Of a stretch of DNA of 64,000 bases, positions 1 to 10,459 are shown piece by piece. Positions within the stretch are counted from its first letter, which is position 1. Every line of letters starts with the position of its first letter. The stretch is taken from contig JBEIPA010000001.1 in the NCBI GenBank assembly GCA_040377305.1, positions 128,001 to 192,000 of the forward strand, in the 5' to 3' direction. Both the position numbers and the translations under genes were made by a program. The notes under the pieces were generated by a model that did not search any database, was not told the origin of the DNA, and saw only the letters and a list, made by a program, of their open reading frames with translations. Origin of the DNA: Flavobacteriales bacterium (GTDB lineage Bacteria; Bacteroidota; Bacteroidia; Palsa-965).

Positions 1-30
1 ATCTGTATAGACTTTTCCTGGCGTTTTGTC

Positions 31-49
31 TCCCAATAGCTATCGGGAT
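31..49. repeat. Short near-palindrome TCCCaATAGCTATCGGGA downstream of the M23 gene
   Basis: tcccaatagctatcgggat, one mismatch from a perfect CCCGATAGCTATCGGG palindrome; a related gatcccgataggtttgggaatgac lies at about 55855-55878. Confidence 0.5.
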
Positions 50-60
50 TGGCGGTAAAA

Positions 61-1032
61 TTATTGCTGTGGAATTACCCGCACTTTATCACCGGCTCGC
101 AACCGCATATAACCAGTCCAACCGTTATATGTTTGTATCTGTTTCGCAGAACGTCCATACTGTTGTGCAATCTTCGTGATGTTATCTCCACGTAAGCACG
201 TATGAAATTCCACTCCCTGCGGACGAACAGCAAATCCCTGACGCGTTCTCACCAAATCAATTTTCTCCGCAATCAATTTCCGCGTTTGCAGATCGATAAT
301 GTATGCCGGATTAATTGCCACACCCCTGAACCGCAACTCAAAATGCAGATGTGTTCCGGTAGAATGACCGGTATTGCCTCCAAGGCCAATGAGCTGACCC
401 GAGTTCACGATATCGCCCGGCTTCACTTTTATTTTCCAGAGATGTGCGTATACCGTTTCGAGACCATTGTAGTGACGAATGATCACAATGTTTCCGTATC
501 CACCCGATTTCCCGGCGAAACGAACCATGCCCATGAACGCAGAACAAACCGAATCGCCACGCACAAGATCCACATCAATGCCGCGATGAAAAGCTGAATC
601 TCTCCAGCCAAATCCTGAAGTCAACACACCGTTGAACGGAAACACAAACGGACCGCTAATCGCCGAAGCAAGATCGAGCGTGACCACCGTATCCGCTTTG
701 TACAGCGAATCCGAATAGGGAAATAACATGCGTGTGTTCCAGTTGCCGTAATATCTGTTCGCCGGATAAAATGCGAATCCGCTTTCAAACTGATTCTTCG
801 GATAGCTTGCACGCAATGAATCAATTTGATTGTTGATCATCACAAACAGCAATGAATCGTGTACATCCGCATCGAACAAAGAATCGATCATGAGCACCAG
901 TTCCGGCTCACTCATTTCCTCGATGGAAGCTGCAATGCGTTGTTGCGCGGGCGTCAATGAGTCGCCGTTGGAAGCGCAAAGTCGTCCAAAGCTTGCCAGC
1001 AGCAACGCCACGAATGCAAAACGAAAATTCAT
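61..1032 (-). CDS. M23 family peptidoglycan DD-metalloendopeptidase with C-terminal LysM domain
   Basis: Signal peptide; HRGID (HxxxD) and STGTHLHFE (HxH) M23 motifs; C-terminal GDNITKIAQQYG LysM-like segment. Confidence 0.9.
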   Translation of the reverse strand: MNFRFAFVALLLASFGRLCASNGDSLTPAQQRIAASIEEMSEPELVLMIDSLFDADVHDSLLFVMINNQIDSLRASYPKNQFESGFAFYPANRYYGNWNTRMLFPYSDSLYKADTVVTLDLASAISGPFVFPFNGVLTSGFGWRDSAFHRGIDVDLVRGDSVCSAFMGMVRFAGKSGGYGNIVIIRHYNGLETVYAHLWKIKVKPGDIVNSGQLIGLGGNTGHSTGTHLHFELRFRGVAINPAYIIDLQTRKLIAEKIDLVRTRQGFAVRPQGVEFHTCLRGDNITKIAQQYGRSAKQIQTYNGWTGYMRLRAGDKVRVIPQQ

Positions 1033-1088
1033 ATTCCTCAGCGTATTTTTTTTGACTGCCTACTGCCCGACCGCCTACTTCCCAACTG

Positions 1089-2315
1089 TTATTGACATCC
1101 CGCCAACTTCTTCTCCTCTGCGACTCCCGGATAATTCATCGCCGCGGCCTTGTCAAAATCAGCACAGCACTCTTTTTTCTTGTTCAGCTTGTAGTTTGCT
1201 TTGGCACGGAAGAAGTAATCTTCTCCGGTTGCTCCGTTAGCAATTGCAGTCGTAAAATTATCTGCAGCTTCCTGCCATTTCTCCTGATCAAAACGAATAC
1301 GACCGAGTCCGCGGGATGCTACTGCATTCTTCGGTTCGAGCTCCAGCACTTTCTTGTAATCGAGTTCGGCAAGCATGAATTTAGATTTGCCCTGCACGTA
1401 GTAAGAATTCGCTCGCGACAATAAAGTCGGAACATCATCTTTCTTCAAAGCGAGTGCCTTCGTGTAATCTTTCGTTGCTGACGGATAATTTTTCTGTTTC
1501 GTAAAAAGATCTCCGCGCATTCTGAAAATTTCGGAATCTTTCGTTTTGTAGACATCGACAATGACGGTGTAATCTGCAATTGCTTCGACCAGTTTATTCT
1601 GTTGCGAAAAACAACTGGCACGTGCACGATACACACTTTCATCCGCGGCTTTCAACGTAATTGCTTTCGACAAATCGGCCACTGCGGGATCCAATTTCTT
1701 CTGATCGAGTTCAAGCTTGCCTCGCTCAGCGTAAGCTTTCCCAAGATTAGCATCGAGAGTAATTGCTTTATTAAAATCCGCAAGCGCTTCAACATCCTTC
1801 TTCATCTTGCGATACAATACACCACGCTCGTAAAACGTGTTCGCATTCTTCGAATCGAGCGCAATTGCTTTTGAGTAGTCGTTAAGAGCCAGCTGATCCT
1901 GATTCGTCTTTCCATACAGCTTCGCACGATTCACGTAGCTATCAACGAAATTCGGATTCAAGGTAATCGCACTCGAATAATCGGTAATGGCGAGATTGTC
2001 GTTGCCCATTTTCTCGTGACACTTTGCGCGGTAATAAAATCCAGGTGCGAAATTCGCATTCAGTTTCACACCTTGATTGAGATCGGCAAGCGCGAGATCA
2101 TTCTTGCCCAACTCCATCTGGCAACGACCCCGATCAACAAAAGCCTCGAAGTAAGTCGCATCGGTTTTGATCGCAATGTCAAACTGCGCAATCGCCTCCA
2201 CGTACTTCTTCTCATTCATGAGCTTCACGCCTTTTTCGTGATAGACATAGGCAGGTTGAGCGAATACGATTGTTGAAATAAAAATCCCGAGAAGTAGAAG
2301 GCAAGTTCGACGCAT
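1089..2315 (-). CDS. Secreted tetratricopeptide repeat (TPR) protein
   Basis: Signal peptide, then about 10 34-aa repeats (Y..RG/RA.....A..DY/DF.KAI.L). Confidence 0.9.
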   Translation of the reverse strand: MRRTCLLLLGIFISTIVFAQPAYVYHEKGVKLMNEKKYVEAIAQFDIAIKTDATYFEAFVDRGRCQMELGKNDLALADLNQGVKLNANFAPGFYYRAKCHEKMGNDNLAITDYSSAITLNPNFVDSYVNRAKLYGKTNQDQLALNDYSKAIALDSKNANTFYERGVLYRKMKKDVEALADFNKAITLDANLGKAYAERGKLELDQKKLDPAVADLSKAITLKAADESVYRARASCFSQQNKLVEAIADYTVIVDVYKTKDSEIFRMRGDLFTKQKNYPSATKDYTKALALKKDDVPTLLSRANSYYVQGKSKFMLAELDYKKVLELEPKNAVASRGLGRIRFDQEKWQEAADNFTTAIANGATGEDYFFRAKANYKLNKKKECCADFDKAAAMNYPGVAEEKKLAGCQ

Positions 2316-2490
2316 TATGAATCCAATATTTGGCTGTGATTCTTAAAGATAATTAAGGATTTGCGATAATCTGCGAATCTGCGGCAGAAAAAGGGTGTTA
2401 AGCGAGAAAACCAAAATTTTTAGTTAGCCAAAAATATACTTGACACCGCTACTAACCCCGATTACCTTTGCCGCAACTAAAACGCTAACT

Positions 2491-3519
2491 ATGAGAATTC
2501 TTAAAGGACTAGGCATTGTAGTCGGATTACTACTTGCTATTTATCTCATCCTCGCCATTTTCGGCCCAGCGAAAATGCATGTTGAACGCTCGATCATGAT
2601 TAATCAGAAGTCTGACGTCGTGTTCAATGAAATCAACACGCTCAAGCAGTGGCAAAACTGGTCGTATTGGGACAACATTGATCCGAATATGCAATCAACT
2701 TACGAAGGACCAGAATCGGGTGTTGGTGCAAAACACAGTTGGACAAGCACGAACGATAGCGTTGGAAATGGTTCACTCGTGATCAAAACTTCTATGCCAA
2801 ACACATTGGTAGAGTGCGATCTTTCATTCGAAGGAATGGGAACGAGCACTAGTGGCTGGGCTTTAAAAGACACTGCAGGCGGAACATGGGTAACAGCATA
2901 CATGGATGGTGAAACTCCGTTCCTGTTTCGTCCGATGATGTTGTTCATGGACATGGAAGAAATCCTTGGAAAAGATTTTGATGCTACACTCGCAGGTTTG
3001 AAAGCACATACGGAAGGTTTGGAATCTCCAACGATGATGGCTGAATATGTAATGCAAGAAGCCACGACTCCGGCGATGAAACTGTTGACGATTGCCGATA
3101 GCGCAATGTCTGTGGAAGCTCTTGGCGAGAAACTCGGTGGACTCTACGGAGAAATTATGGGTGAAATGGAAAAACAAAAATTGACGCAGGCAGGTCCGGT
3201 AATTGCGATCTATGACAAAGTAGAATACGGAGCAGATGGTTCCATGAAGTTTTGGTTCAAGGCAGGAATTCCAGTTGCGAAGTCAGGAAAGAATGCAGGA
3301 CGAATTATGTATTGGGAGAACACCGCAGGAAATGCTGTGAAGTGTGACTATTACGGCGACTACTCGAACACCGGTGCCTGTCACGATGCAATCAACAAAT
3401 ACATCACCGATAAAGGAAAAACGATAAACGGATCAGTTTGGGAAGTATATGTAACTGACCCAGGTGCTGAGCCCGACACGGCGAAATGGCTTACGGAAAT
3501 CTACTATCCGGTGCAATAG
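2491..3519 (+). CDS. SRPBCC/START domain plus GyrI-like effector-binding domain protein, N-terminally anchored
   Basis: HVERSIMI...WSYW..DP..GVGA SRPBCC pattern; C-terminal WEVYVTDP...WLTEIYYP GyrI-like; start set at ATG 2491, downstream of TACCTTTG at 2463. Confidence 0.85.
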   Translation: MRILKGLGIVVGLLLAIYLILAIFGPAKMHVERSIMINQKSDVVFNEINTLKQWQNWSYWDNIDPNMQSTYEGPESGVGAKHSWTSTNDSVGNGSLVIKTSMPNTLVECDLSFEGMGTSTSGWALKDTAGGTWVTAYMDGETPFLFRPMMLFMDMEEILGKDFDATLAGLKAHTEGLESPTMMAEYVMQEATTPAMKLLTIADSAMSVEALGEKLGGLYGEIMGEMEKQKLTQAGPVIAIYDKVEYGADGSMKFWFKAGIPVAKSGKNAGRIMYWENTAGNAVKCDYYGDYSNTGACHDAINKYITDKGKTINGSVWEVYVTDPGAEPDTAKWLTEIYYPVQ

Positions 3520-3636
3520 TCAATGCGGAGCCGGTGCTCGGCACGACAATTTCACTGAAATACAGCCATTTACGGCATGAAATTTGGTTTTATATCGGTA
3601 ATAAGTTAGATTTACCTAAGCAAAACTCACACACAC

Positions 3637-4008
3637 ATGACACGTATTTTCGTCCTCTTCGCATTTATCCTGACTGCAACATTTGCACAGGCACAATCAT
3701 CACCAGTTGCTGAGAATCCAACTGAGCGCGCACATTCGCAAGCGCTTGGATTACAGAAACAAGTTGGTTTATCTGATGAGCAACTCGTGAAAGCGGAAGC
3801 AATCTTTCTTGCACGTCACACCGAGGTTGAAGCGATCAAGAACGACGCAAGCAAAACTCAGGAAGAAAAAGACAATGCAATAACACTTGTGCGCACCGAG
3901 AAAGAAAAGGAAATACAGGCATTGCTTACTCCTGATCAGTTGATCAAGTATAACGAAATTAAAACTACTCGTCAGAACCGCAAGAAAGCTGCGAGTGGCC
4001 AACAATAG
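3637..4008 (+). CDS. Small secreted helical protein (Spy/CpxP-like, LTxxQ motifs)
   Basis: Signal peptide ending AQA; LSDEQ and LLTPDQ motifs. Confidence 0.7.
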   Translation: MTRIFVLFAFILTATFAQAQSSPVAENPTERAHSQALGLQKQVGLSDEQLVKAEAIFLARHTEVEAIKNDASKTQEEKDNAITLVRTEKEKEIQALLTPDQLIKYNEIKTTRQNRKKAASGQQ

Positions 4009-4030
4009 AAATTTAGAAAAACACACATTG

Positions 4031-4062
4031 AAAATCCTTCAAAGAAATTTGAGGGATTTTTT
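4031..4062. terminator. Bidirectional intrinsic terminator
   Basis: aaaatccttcaaa-gaaa-tttgagggatttt hairpin between convergent genes. Confidence 0.75.
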
Positions 4063-4065
4063 CTT

Positions 4066-4812
4066 TTACTTCGATACGCCCTGCTGAAACTTTTCCGACT
4101 GCTCGATTGCGTCCATCAGGTCTCCAAGTATTTCATCTGAATCCTTCGTGAGATCAATGTCCATCACGTCCTTGAAACGAATGGAAAGATTCACACCTTG
4201 CTTCTTCATTTTGAGGCCGCTCTTGTCGAACGCACGACGGAATCCATCAATGACTACGGGCACAACAATCGGATTGTATTTTTTCAGAATCAGAATCACA
4301 CCACGTCGTCCTTTAGCGAAAGGTTTCGTTGTTCCTTGCGGAAAGTTGATTACCCAGCCATCGCTTAATGCAATACCGATGTTGGAAATATCGTCCATGC
4401 GAACTTTCCGTTTCACATCTTCTTTGCCTTGCTTCCACGTGCGTTGAATGCTAACCGATCCGACGTAAGCAAAAATACGCGGAAGAATTCCCTTCTTCAT
4501 CGTCTCTTCTGCTGCAACAAAATAACTGTTGATGCGGGGATTCTTCAGGTAGCTTTTGTCATCAATCGTATTGTATTGCCCGTTCTTCGCGGCGCAAAAC
4601 ACGTGAAGAAATGCGATCACATCCGCGAAGTAGGTCTGGTGATTGGAAACGAACAGCACATTTCTGTCTGGCAGATTCTTCAGTACCTCCGCACCTTCGA
4701 TCGTGATTTTGTTCTGTTTCGCATATCTCTTCCACGTCACCCGTCCGATATTCCGGATCAGGGATCGCTTTATCCAATTCAAATGTCCAAACGGGTCACG
4801 ACTTTCTGACAT
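4066..4812 (-). CDS. Lysophospholipid acyltransferase (PlsC family)
   Basis: NHQTYFAD (HxxxxD) and FPQGT motifs; likely start MSESRDPFG at 4812, as the longer ORF overlaps the divergent gene. Confidence 0.85.
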   Translation of the reverse strand: MSESRDPFGHLNWIKRSLIRNIGRVTWKRYAKQNKITIEGAEVLKNLPDRNVLFVSNHQTYFADVIAFLHVFCAAKNGQYNTIDDKSYLKNPRINSYFVAAEETMKKGILPRIFAYVGSVSIQRTWKQGKEDVKRKVRMDDISNIGIALSDGWVINFPQGTTKPFAKGRRGVILILKKYNPIVVPVVIDGFRRAFDKSGLKMKKQGVNLSIRFKDVMDIDLTKDSDEILGDLMDAIEQSEKFQQGVSK

Positions 4813-4945
4813 ATTCTCCAAAGATACGGAGAGATCGGAGTCGGGAGTTATTCCCAAGTGTAAACAGTCTTGACTACCTGGCGATCGAACACTTTTCCTG
4901 ATACATCCGGGTCTCTCATCTCCCGTCCCACCCTTATCTTTGAGC

Positions 4946-6430
4946 GTGCAGAAAATCATCCTTCGATCCGTCGCTATCCTTGCAATCCTCACAGGTGCAA
5001 TTGCATTACTCGTTTGGTATTGGACAATGAAGCGTGACATGCCTGCACAAGCTCGTGTGATTCCGGCTGATGCAATGGCTGTTCTTACATTCAACATTCG
5101 CGAAATCGCTGCAGATCGTTCGGGAGATGAACATTTATTTCCCGACATAATGGATAAGGCGATGATCGGAAATGAGATTGAATCGTTCTCGCGCGCAATC
5201 GATGGCAACGGAGGACAAACGGGTGTTGCTACGATGTCGGACATTCTCATGTTTGTTTATCAAACGGGCAACGAAGGTTATTTCGGAGTGGCAGTTGAAC
5301 TTGAAGACAGCGCGATGTTTGGTAATCTGATGCGCATTCACTTTGCCAAAGAATACAACATCGTTCCATTATCGATGGGCGGAATTCCGTTGATGCAATT
5401 CGATACAACTGCGGCCGTGTTCGGTTGGACAAACGATGTAGCGCTTTTGCTCTACCCGCTCGGAAATCATGGCATCCCGCAGGTCACCGCGCAGTGCACA
5501 AAGCTCCTCAAACAGCAAAAAGAAAATTCCGTTCTCGCGAATGAAAAATTCCAGGAGATGGAAAAGCAAACGTTTGCCTTAGGATTGTGGGTGCAAACAA
5601 AATCGCTGCTCACGTTCACGGACGGCGGTTCTTTAATCGAAGCAATTACGCATGACGTGGAAACGTATAATTACCTCGCGAATTTCGAAGACGGTGAGAT
5701 TCTCATTCGCTCCGAATGGCATCTTGCCGATGAGGCGAAACGTGATATGATCAGAGAATTCGAATTTCCGTGCGACACGTCTCTCATCACCTCATTTCTG
5801 CGGGGACGTTTCGATGTGAAATCCGATTCACTTGCAGGAGGCTCATTCGCTGATGCGGCGTTCGATAAACTTCCGATTGCAGAAGAAGATTATCCTGAAC
5901 TTTTTTCTTCGATGACCGGTGATTTTATTTCTGTTGGACACAGTAAGATTGCCGGCGACGAATTCGAAACACACTGTTTCCTGTTGTCTGATCCGGCCAA
6001 AGCAAAAGCATTCATCACTTCACGCATGCAACGCGATTCGATTCCGCTGACAACATCAGGTTGGAAATACAACGTTGCTCTTGTCCAGGAGTGGAGAATG
6101 ATCATGGACAACAACATGCTCACGCTCACAAATCATCCGGGTGTTGACGGAAGACCACATGCTATGACTGCGAATCTTGCAGGCTATATGGCGTGGTTCA
6201 ACTTTCAGAAAATGCTGGCAGAAGCCGACGGTGGTATCTATGCATTTATTCCGCTTATCAATACGGGTGCGCCATTGCTTTCAGAACATGTTACAACGTG
6301 TAGCAGCACATTACCGGTTCAGTTCGGCAATGTTCGTCACTCAGAAATTGTTTTCCGTTTCAGGAACAGAGAAGTGAACGGACTTGTGCAGACCGAGGAG
6401 TTGGTGAGGAAGATTTACTTCGGGAAATAG
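4946..6430 (+). CDS. Membrane-anchored hypothetical protein (DUF4836/DUF3352-like)
   Basis: Long ORF with N-terminal TM helix then IPADA motif; GTG at 4946 sits 3 nt after TATCTTTG (TTG at 4940 is the alternative start). Confidence 0.6.
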   Translation: MQKIILRSVAILAILTGAIALLVWYWTMKRDMPAQARVIPADAMAVLTFNIREIAADRSGDEHLFPDIMDKAMIGNEIESFSRAIDGNGGQTGVATMSDILMFVYQTGNEGYFGVAVELEDSAMFGNLMRIHFAKEYNIVPLSMGGIPLMQFDTTAAVFGWTNDVALLLYPLGNHGIPQVTAQCTKLLKQQKENSVLANEKFQEMEKQTFALGLWVQTKSLLTFTDGGSLIEAITHDVETYNYLANFEDGEILIRSEWHLADEAKRDMIREFEFPCDTSLITSFLRGRFDVKSDSLAGGSFADAAFDKLPIAEEDYPELFSSMTGDFISVGHSKIAGDEFETHCFLLSDPAKAKAFITSRMQRDSIPLTTSGWKYNVALVQEWRMIMDNNMLTLTNHPGVDGRPHAMTANLAGYMAWFNFQKMLAEADGGIYAFIPLINTGAPLLSEHVTTCSSTLPVQFGNVRHSEIVFRFRNREVNGLVQTEELVRKIYFGK

Positions 6431-6450
6431 CGGATGCTCACATGTCAACC

Positions 6451-6587
6451 CTCGGTACGCCTATATTTTTTCTCAAGTTGCTCCGCAATAATTTTAGGCT
6501 ACTCGGTCTGACAAGGTGAATAGTTGTCAGACCGAGTAAACCTGAAAAACTGCAGAGCAGCGTGAACGATTTTACCGTTGTACCGAG
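6451..6587. repeat. Extended nested inverted repeat (REP/MITE-like hairpin)
   Basis: Perfect 15-bp stem tactcggtctgacaa/ttgtcagaccgagta (6500-6538), with outer pairs ttttagg/cctgaaa and ctcggtac/gtaccgag. Confidence 0.75.
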
Positions 6588-6596
6588 AGATGAAAA

Positions 6597-7040
6597 CTAT
6601 TCTCCAAGCGATTCCAAATTCGCCACAAACTTATGCGGCTTCCCAGCCAGCTTCGCGAAAAAAGTAGCTTCTGCTTTTTTGATTGCTGTTGAAGCACTTG
6701 TCAGTTTCTTCTTGCCGGTAATGGTAATCTGAAGAATCACCGCGCGACCATCGTTGCGATTTTCTTTTCTCGCAATGAGTTTTGCTTCCTCGAGTGTGCG
6801 AATAACTTTCGAAGTCATCATTACATCCGTGCCGGCAGTTCTTGCGAGCAAAGTTTGTGATGGTTGTTTACCACTCGCTTCAAGCTGCTTCACCGCGTCG
6901 AGCAAGAGAAACTGGACGTGCGTTATTCCAGTTGTTTTAAGATGGTCGCGAACATGTCGCTGCCATGCATTACCGGCTTTCCACAGGAGAAATCCTGCAC
7001 CGGAAAAGGAGCGCTTGGTTTTTTTGGGGCTAGAGGACAT
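6597..7040 (-). CDS. MarR family transcriptional regulator
   Basis: GITHVQFLLL, MTSKVIRTLE and DGRA...IT..G winged-helix pattern. Confidence 0.9.
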   Translation of the reverse strand: MSSSPKKTKRSFSGAGFLLWKAGNAWQRHVRDHLKTTGITHVQFLLLDAVKQLEASGKQPSQTLLARTAGTDVMMTSKVIRTLEEAKLIARKENRNDGRAVILQITITGKKKLTSASTAIKKAEATFFAKLAGKPHKFVANLESLGE

Positions 7041-7070
7041 CTGTTGGGGGTTGGGGGTTGCTTGTCCATA

Positions 7071-7694
7071 TTAATTTCGGTCTTCGTTACTAAATCCAAT
7101 TGTAACACCGGCACGAAAACCAATTCTCTCCAGTGTACCATCTTCAGGCAAACGGTAAATAAAACTTGCGCCAATTTGAGGTGCAATATAAATCGGAAAT
7201 TTCAGATTCGACATGAGTCGGCAACGAATCATCATTGTGCCAACCATGCGACCGTGTTCAAATCCTGTTGCACGATCTCTCCAATAATCAAAGCCAAGTG
7301 GATTCAGTGAAACGTGCATTCGCATCTTTCCATCGGTGGCATAATAACCAACACCTTCCGGAATTGCACACAAGAGCACCCCCAGATTGTTTGCCCATGG
7401 AATTGCGTTAAATACCGGGCGAGATTGTTGTTCCTGAAGTAGTTTGTAACCACCAACTAAACCTGCAGTTCCGTGAAAATAAAATCCTCCGTCTAATGCA
7501 GGTCCGATACCGATCTGATAATTCAATGTGAAGCGTTCACCCAATCCAATGTGAAAGATGCCGCCGAATTGTTGTTGAGCACGGGAGCCAAGCTGGTAGT
7601 GTTCAGCATAGATACCACCTTCAAACCACTCCTGGGCTGAAGCACGATAACTGAGAAAAGACAAAAGCAGGAATAGGGTTAAACGCGCTTTCAT
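7071..7694 (-). CDS. Secreted hypothetical protein, possibly an outer-membrane beta-barrel
   Basis: Signal peptide MKARL...ASA; Gly/aromatic alternating strands. Confidence 0.6.
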   Translation of the reverse strand: MKARLTLFLLLSFLSYRASAQEWFEGGIYAEHYQLGSRAQQQFGGIFHIGLGERFTLNYQIGIGPALDGGFYFHGTAGLVGGYKLLQEQQSRPVFNAIPWANNLGVLLCAIPEGVGYYATDGKMRMHVSLNPLGFDYWRDRATGFEHGRMVGTMMIRCRLMSNLKFPIYIAPQIGASFIYRLPEDGTLERIGFRAGVTIGFSNEDRN

Positions 7695-7726
7695 TGTTGG
7701 GTGCAAGTTAGTGAGACTTAGGACAA

Positions 7727-8362
7727 TTACGCGCCTAAAACTTCAGAAAGCGTGCCAGTATGGAGCTCATGTCCACCCTCGAACCGTACGTGTTTGTAAG
7801 TGGTGAAAAGCGTTTCAATAGTGGTAAGATTCCTTTTCTCACTAGCCTCGTCAACGTACTTATCGTGAGATGCAGTAACCACCGTCAAGGCTTTGCATCG
7901 GGCCTTGCTTTCTGCTGGTAAGTCGGGCGGAAAGAAGCCACACCAGAGAATCAGATGGTCGATTTGAGTCATCCCGAATGCAGCCCATCGCGAAACAGTT
8001 GCAGCGCCCTGCGAAAAACCAAGCACCGTAATTTTGACATCTGGCGGACAACGTAACAGTACGTCTGCAGCACATTGATCAAGCCATTGAATGTAATCCG
8101 ATATATCATCAAGGCGATCTTCTTTCGTCATCCACGAGGCAACAACTTTGTCGTAACCACCGCGGTGATAGAAACGATGCAAACCTTCGGGAGCAACAAA
8201 CAATCTGGAGGCACTACTCAGGGAAGAGAATCCTTCGAGAAATTCATTTGCAAGTTGTGCATAACCGTGACACACAAAAACGACTTCGCGCACGTGTGTG
8301 CCAGGATCTGCCGAGAGAAAATATCGTGCTGTTTTGGGAACGGTGAGTTTCTGTACAATCAT
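7727..8362 (-). CDS. Alpha/beta hydrolase (phospholipase/carboxylesterase)
   Basis: HGY oxyanion motif, GFSQG nucleophile elbow, D..Y, GGHEL. Confidence 0.9.
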   Translation of the reverse strand: MIVQKLTVPKTARYFLSADPGTHVREVVFVCHGYAQLANEFLEGFSSLSSASRLFVAPEGLHRFYHRGGYDKVVASWMTKEDRLDDISDYIQWLDQCAADVLLRCPPDVKITVLGFSQGAATVSRWAAFGMTQIDHLILWCGFFPPDLPAESKARCKALTVVTASHDKYVDEASEKRNLTTIETLFTTYKHVRFEGGHELHTGTLSEVLGA

Positions 8363-8475
8363 CTACTTTCCTTTTGATCCGGCTGGAAGCTCCGAATATG
8401 TTTCGATCAATTTAGGAATATTTCAATGAAGTATTCTCCAGGACGAATTTGCTATAAAGGTTGCCTCTCCGATTT

Positions 8476-10377
8476 CTAATTACCTGAAAAATTCATCGGC
8501 AGTTCAATTATAAATTCGGCACCACCATTCTTCTCACTCTTAATACTGATGCATCCGCCCAAACTTTCGACCTGTGTCTTGACCATAAATAGCCCAATTC
8601 CCTTTCCTTCAATTGTCGGGTGAAATCTTTTATAAAGTCCAAAAACATCCTTGCCGTACTTGTTCAGGTCAATCCCTATTCCACTGTCCTTGAATGTAAT
8701 TTTCAATTTGCCCGATTCCATTTCACTTTTTATCCGAATAACGGGCGTATCATTTGGCTTTCTGAATTTAATACTATTCAATATAATATTATAGAAAATA
8801 CTGTGCATATAACTTTTGATACTTATCGTTCTATCAATAAGAGAAAAGTCTGTCTCGATTTGCACTTGTTCCTTTTGTATAAGATTCTGAATACTCGATC
8901 TGATTCCGTTAACAAGCTCCTCCAGATTAACCTCTGAGCGGCTTTCCGTGACGTCAAATCTTAAGTGCAGAATATCATTGATGTCCTTCACAACTTCGTC
9001 CAGTTGTTGAACTGCTGCGAAAAGGTATTCCTGAATTTCTATCCGATCCTGACCGGAAACATTCCCTTTCAAAACATTATTAATGCCCAGGATACTGGCA
9101 ATCGGCGCTCGCAGGCTGTGTGAAACGATGTGCGCGAACTGTTCAAGGTTTTTGCTATGCTGAATTAAGTCGCTGGTAAGCTTAAAGCGCTCCTGTTCTG
9201 CCTGTTTGCGTAGCGTAACATCACGAATCATCATCGATGTTCTTTCCTGCCCATAGGCATCTGTAAACACTGCAGAAGTTACTTCACCCGGAAATTTACT
9301 GCCGTCTTTGCGGATAAAATTCAGTTCCCCCTTTGAACTACCCGTACGTCTTCTTTCTTCAATGAACATTTCCAGATGTGGATCAGAAGCGTCCACCAAC
9401 CCCGCTCGCCCGGCCGCACAAATTTCCTGTTCCGACATTTGAAAAATGTAACACGCAGCAGGATTGGCTGAAATTATTTCCCCATTGGGAGAAGTAAGAA
9501 GGATGCCATCCATACTATTCTCGAAGAATGCACGATACTTTACTTCACTTTCACGGATTAGCTGTTCAGATACTTGCTGTTCAGTAATGTCAATATGCAT
9601 GACAACAATTCCGGAATCGCGGCTTTCATCTTCTCGTGTGACAATCACCTTAAACCATTTCGTACTATTCTGCAGGTAGTACTGATGAATGCCAGAGTAA
9701 CTCTCTAATTCTCCCGATAGTATTTTCGACAACGCAGTTTCCAGTTTTTGCCCATCACCTGAAATGTTGCTGTAGCACAGTTTTATAATATCATGATAAG
9801 TACACCCAATGCCGTAGTTCAGTCGTTCAAATGAATTTGTATTGAAAAAATCCTTCCACAACTTATTTACATCACAAATGACTCCTCCTTTATCCAGCAA
9901 GACAATATGTGCCGGTAGATGTTGAAGTAGATCGGCATATTTTCTTTCGGAGTTCTTTAGTGTCACCGCCGCTTCCTTCCGCTCATTCTCAAGTTTGGCA
10001 TATCTGAGAGCACTGAGAAAAGCCAAAGGCAAACGCTGGGGTCTGTCTTTCAGAATATAATCACTCGCTCCGTTCTTCATAACCTCTGCTGCAAATTCTT
10101 CTGTAACAGTACCGGTTACAAGGATGAAAGGAATTTCCAACTCCGATTCCTTCAGAATATCTAATGCCTGCAGGGAATTAAATGAAGGGCAGAGATGATC
10201 ACTGATAATTATTTCCGGGGCAAATTCCTTCAAAGCATCAATATATGCAGTACGCGAATTCACAACTTTAATGTCCAGGTTAACCTTCGCTTCTTCCAAT
10301 AGCTGGTCAATTAATTTAGCATCTGCCGGTAGTCCTTCCAGGTGCAGCACTCTTACAGGGTTGTTACTTGGTATCAT
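8476..10377 (-). CDS. Hybrid sensor kinase REC-PAS-PAS-HisKA-HATPase
   Basis: N-terminal receiver (degenerate LEG, IISD, DYILK), two PAS domains, SHSLRAP H-box, DSGIGID and GKGIGL boxes; start uncertain (10377 or 10419). Confidence 0.85.
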   Translation of the reverse strand: MIPSNNPVRVLHLEGLPADAKLIDQLLEEAKVNLDIKVVNSRTAYIDALKEFAPEIIISDHLCPSFNSLQALDILKESELEIPFILVTGTVTEEFAAEVMKNGASDYILKDRPQRLPLAFLSALRYAKLENERKEAAVTLKNSERKYADLLQHLPAHIVLLDKGGVICDVNKLWKDFFNTNSFERLNYGIGCTYHDIIKLCYSNISGDGQKLETALSKILSGELESYSGIHQYYLQNSTKWFKVIVTREDESRDSGIVVMHIDITEQQVSEQLIRESEVKYRAFFENSMDGILLTSPNGEIISANPAACYIFQMSEQEICAAGRAGLVDASDPHLEMFIEERRRTGSSKGELNFIRKDGSKFPGEVTSAVFTDAYGQERTSMMIRDVTLRKQAEQERFKLTSDLIQHSKNLEQFAHIVSHSLRAPIASILGINNVLKGNVSGQDRIEIQEYLFAAVQQLDEVVKDINDILHLRFDVTESRSEVNLEELVNGIRSSIQNLIQKEQVQIETDFSLIDRTISIKSYMHSIFYNIILNSIKFRKPNDTPVIRIKSEMESGKLKITFKDSGIGIDLNKYGKDVFGLYKRFHPTIEGKGIGLFMVKTQVESLGGCISIKSEKNGGAEFIIELPMNFSGN

Positions 10378-10459
10378 GATTGGGGGTGATAATACTATTG
10401 TGTGGTATGAGCACAGCAATCTGGGTTGATTGAGAAATTAGAAAGCGAATTTGTGATAA

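Noticed and set aside
4813-5250. N-terminal extensions of the acyltransferase ORF (likewise dacB to 18432, RnfD-like to 27014, M1 to 53022, valS to 55887)
   Set aside because: They overlap divergent genes, promoters or repeat elements; better starts lie downstream
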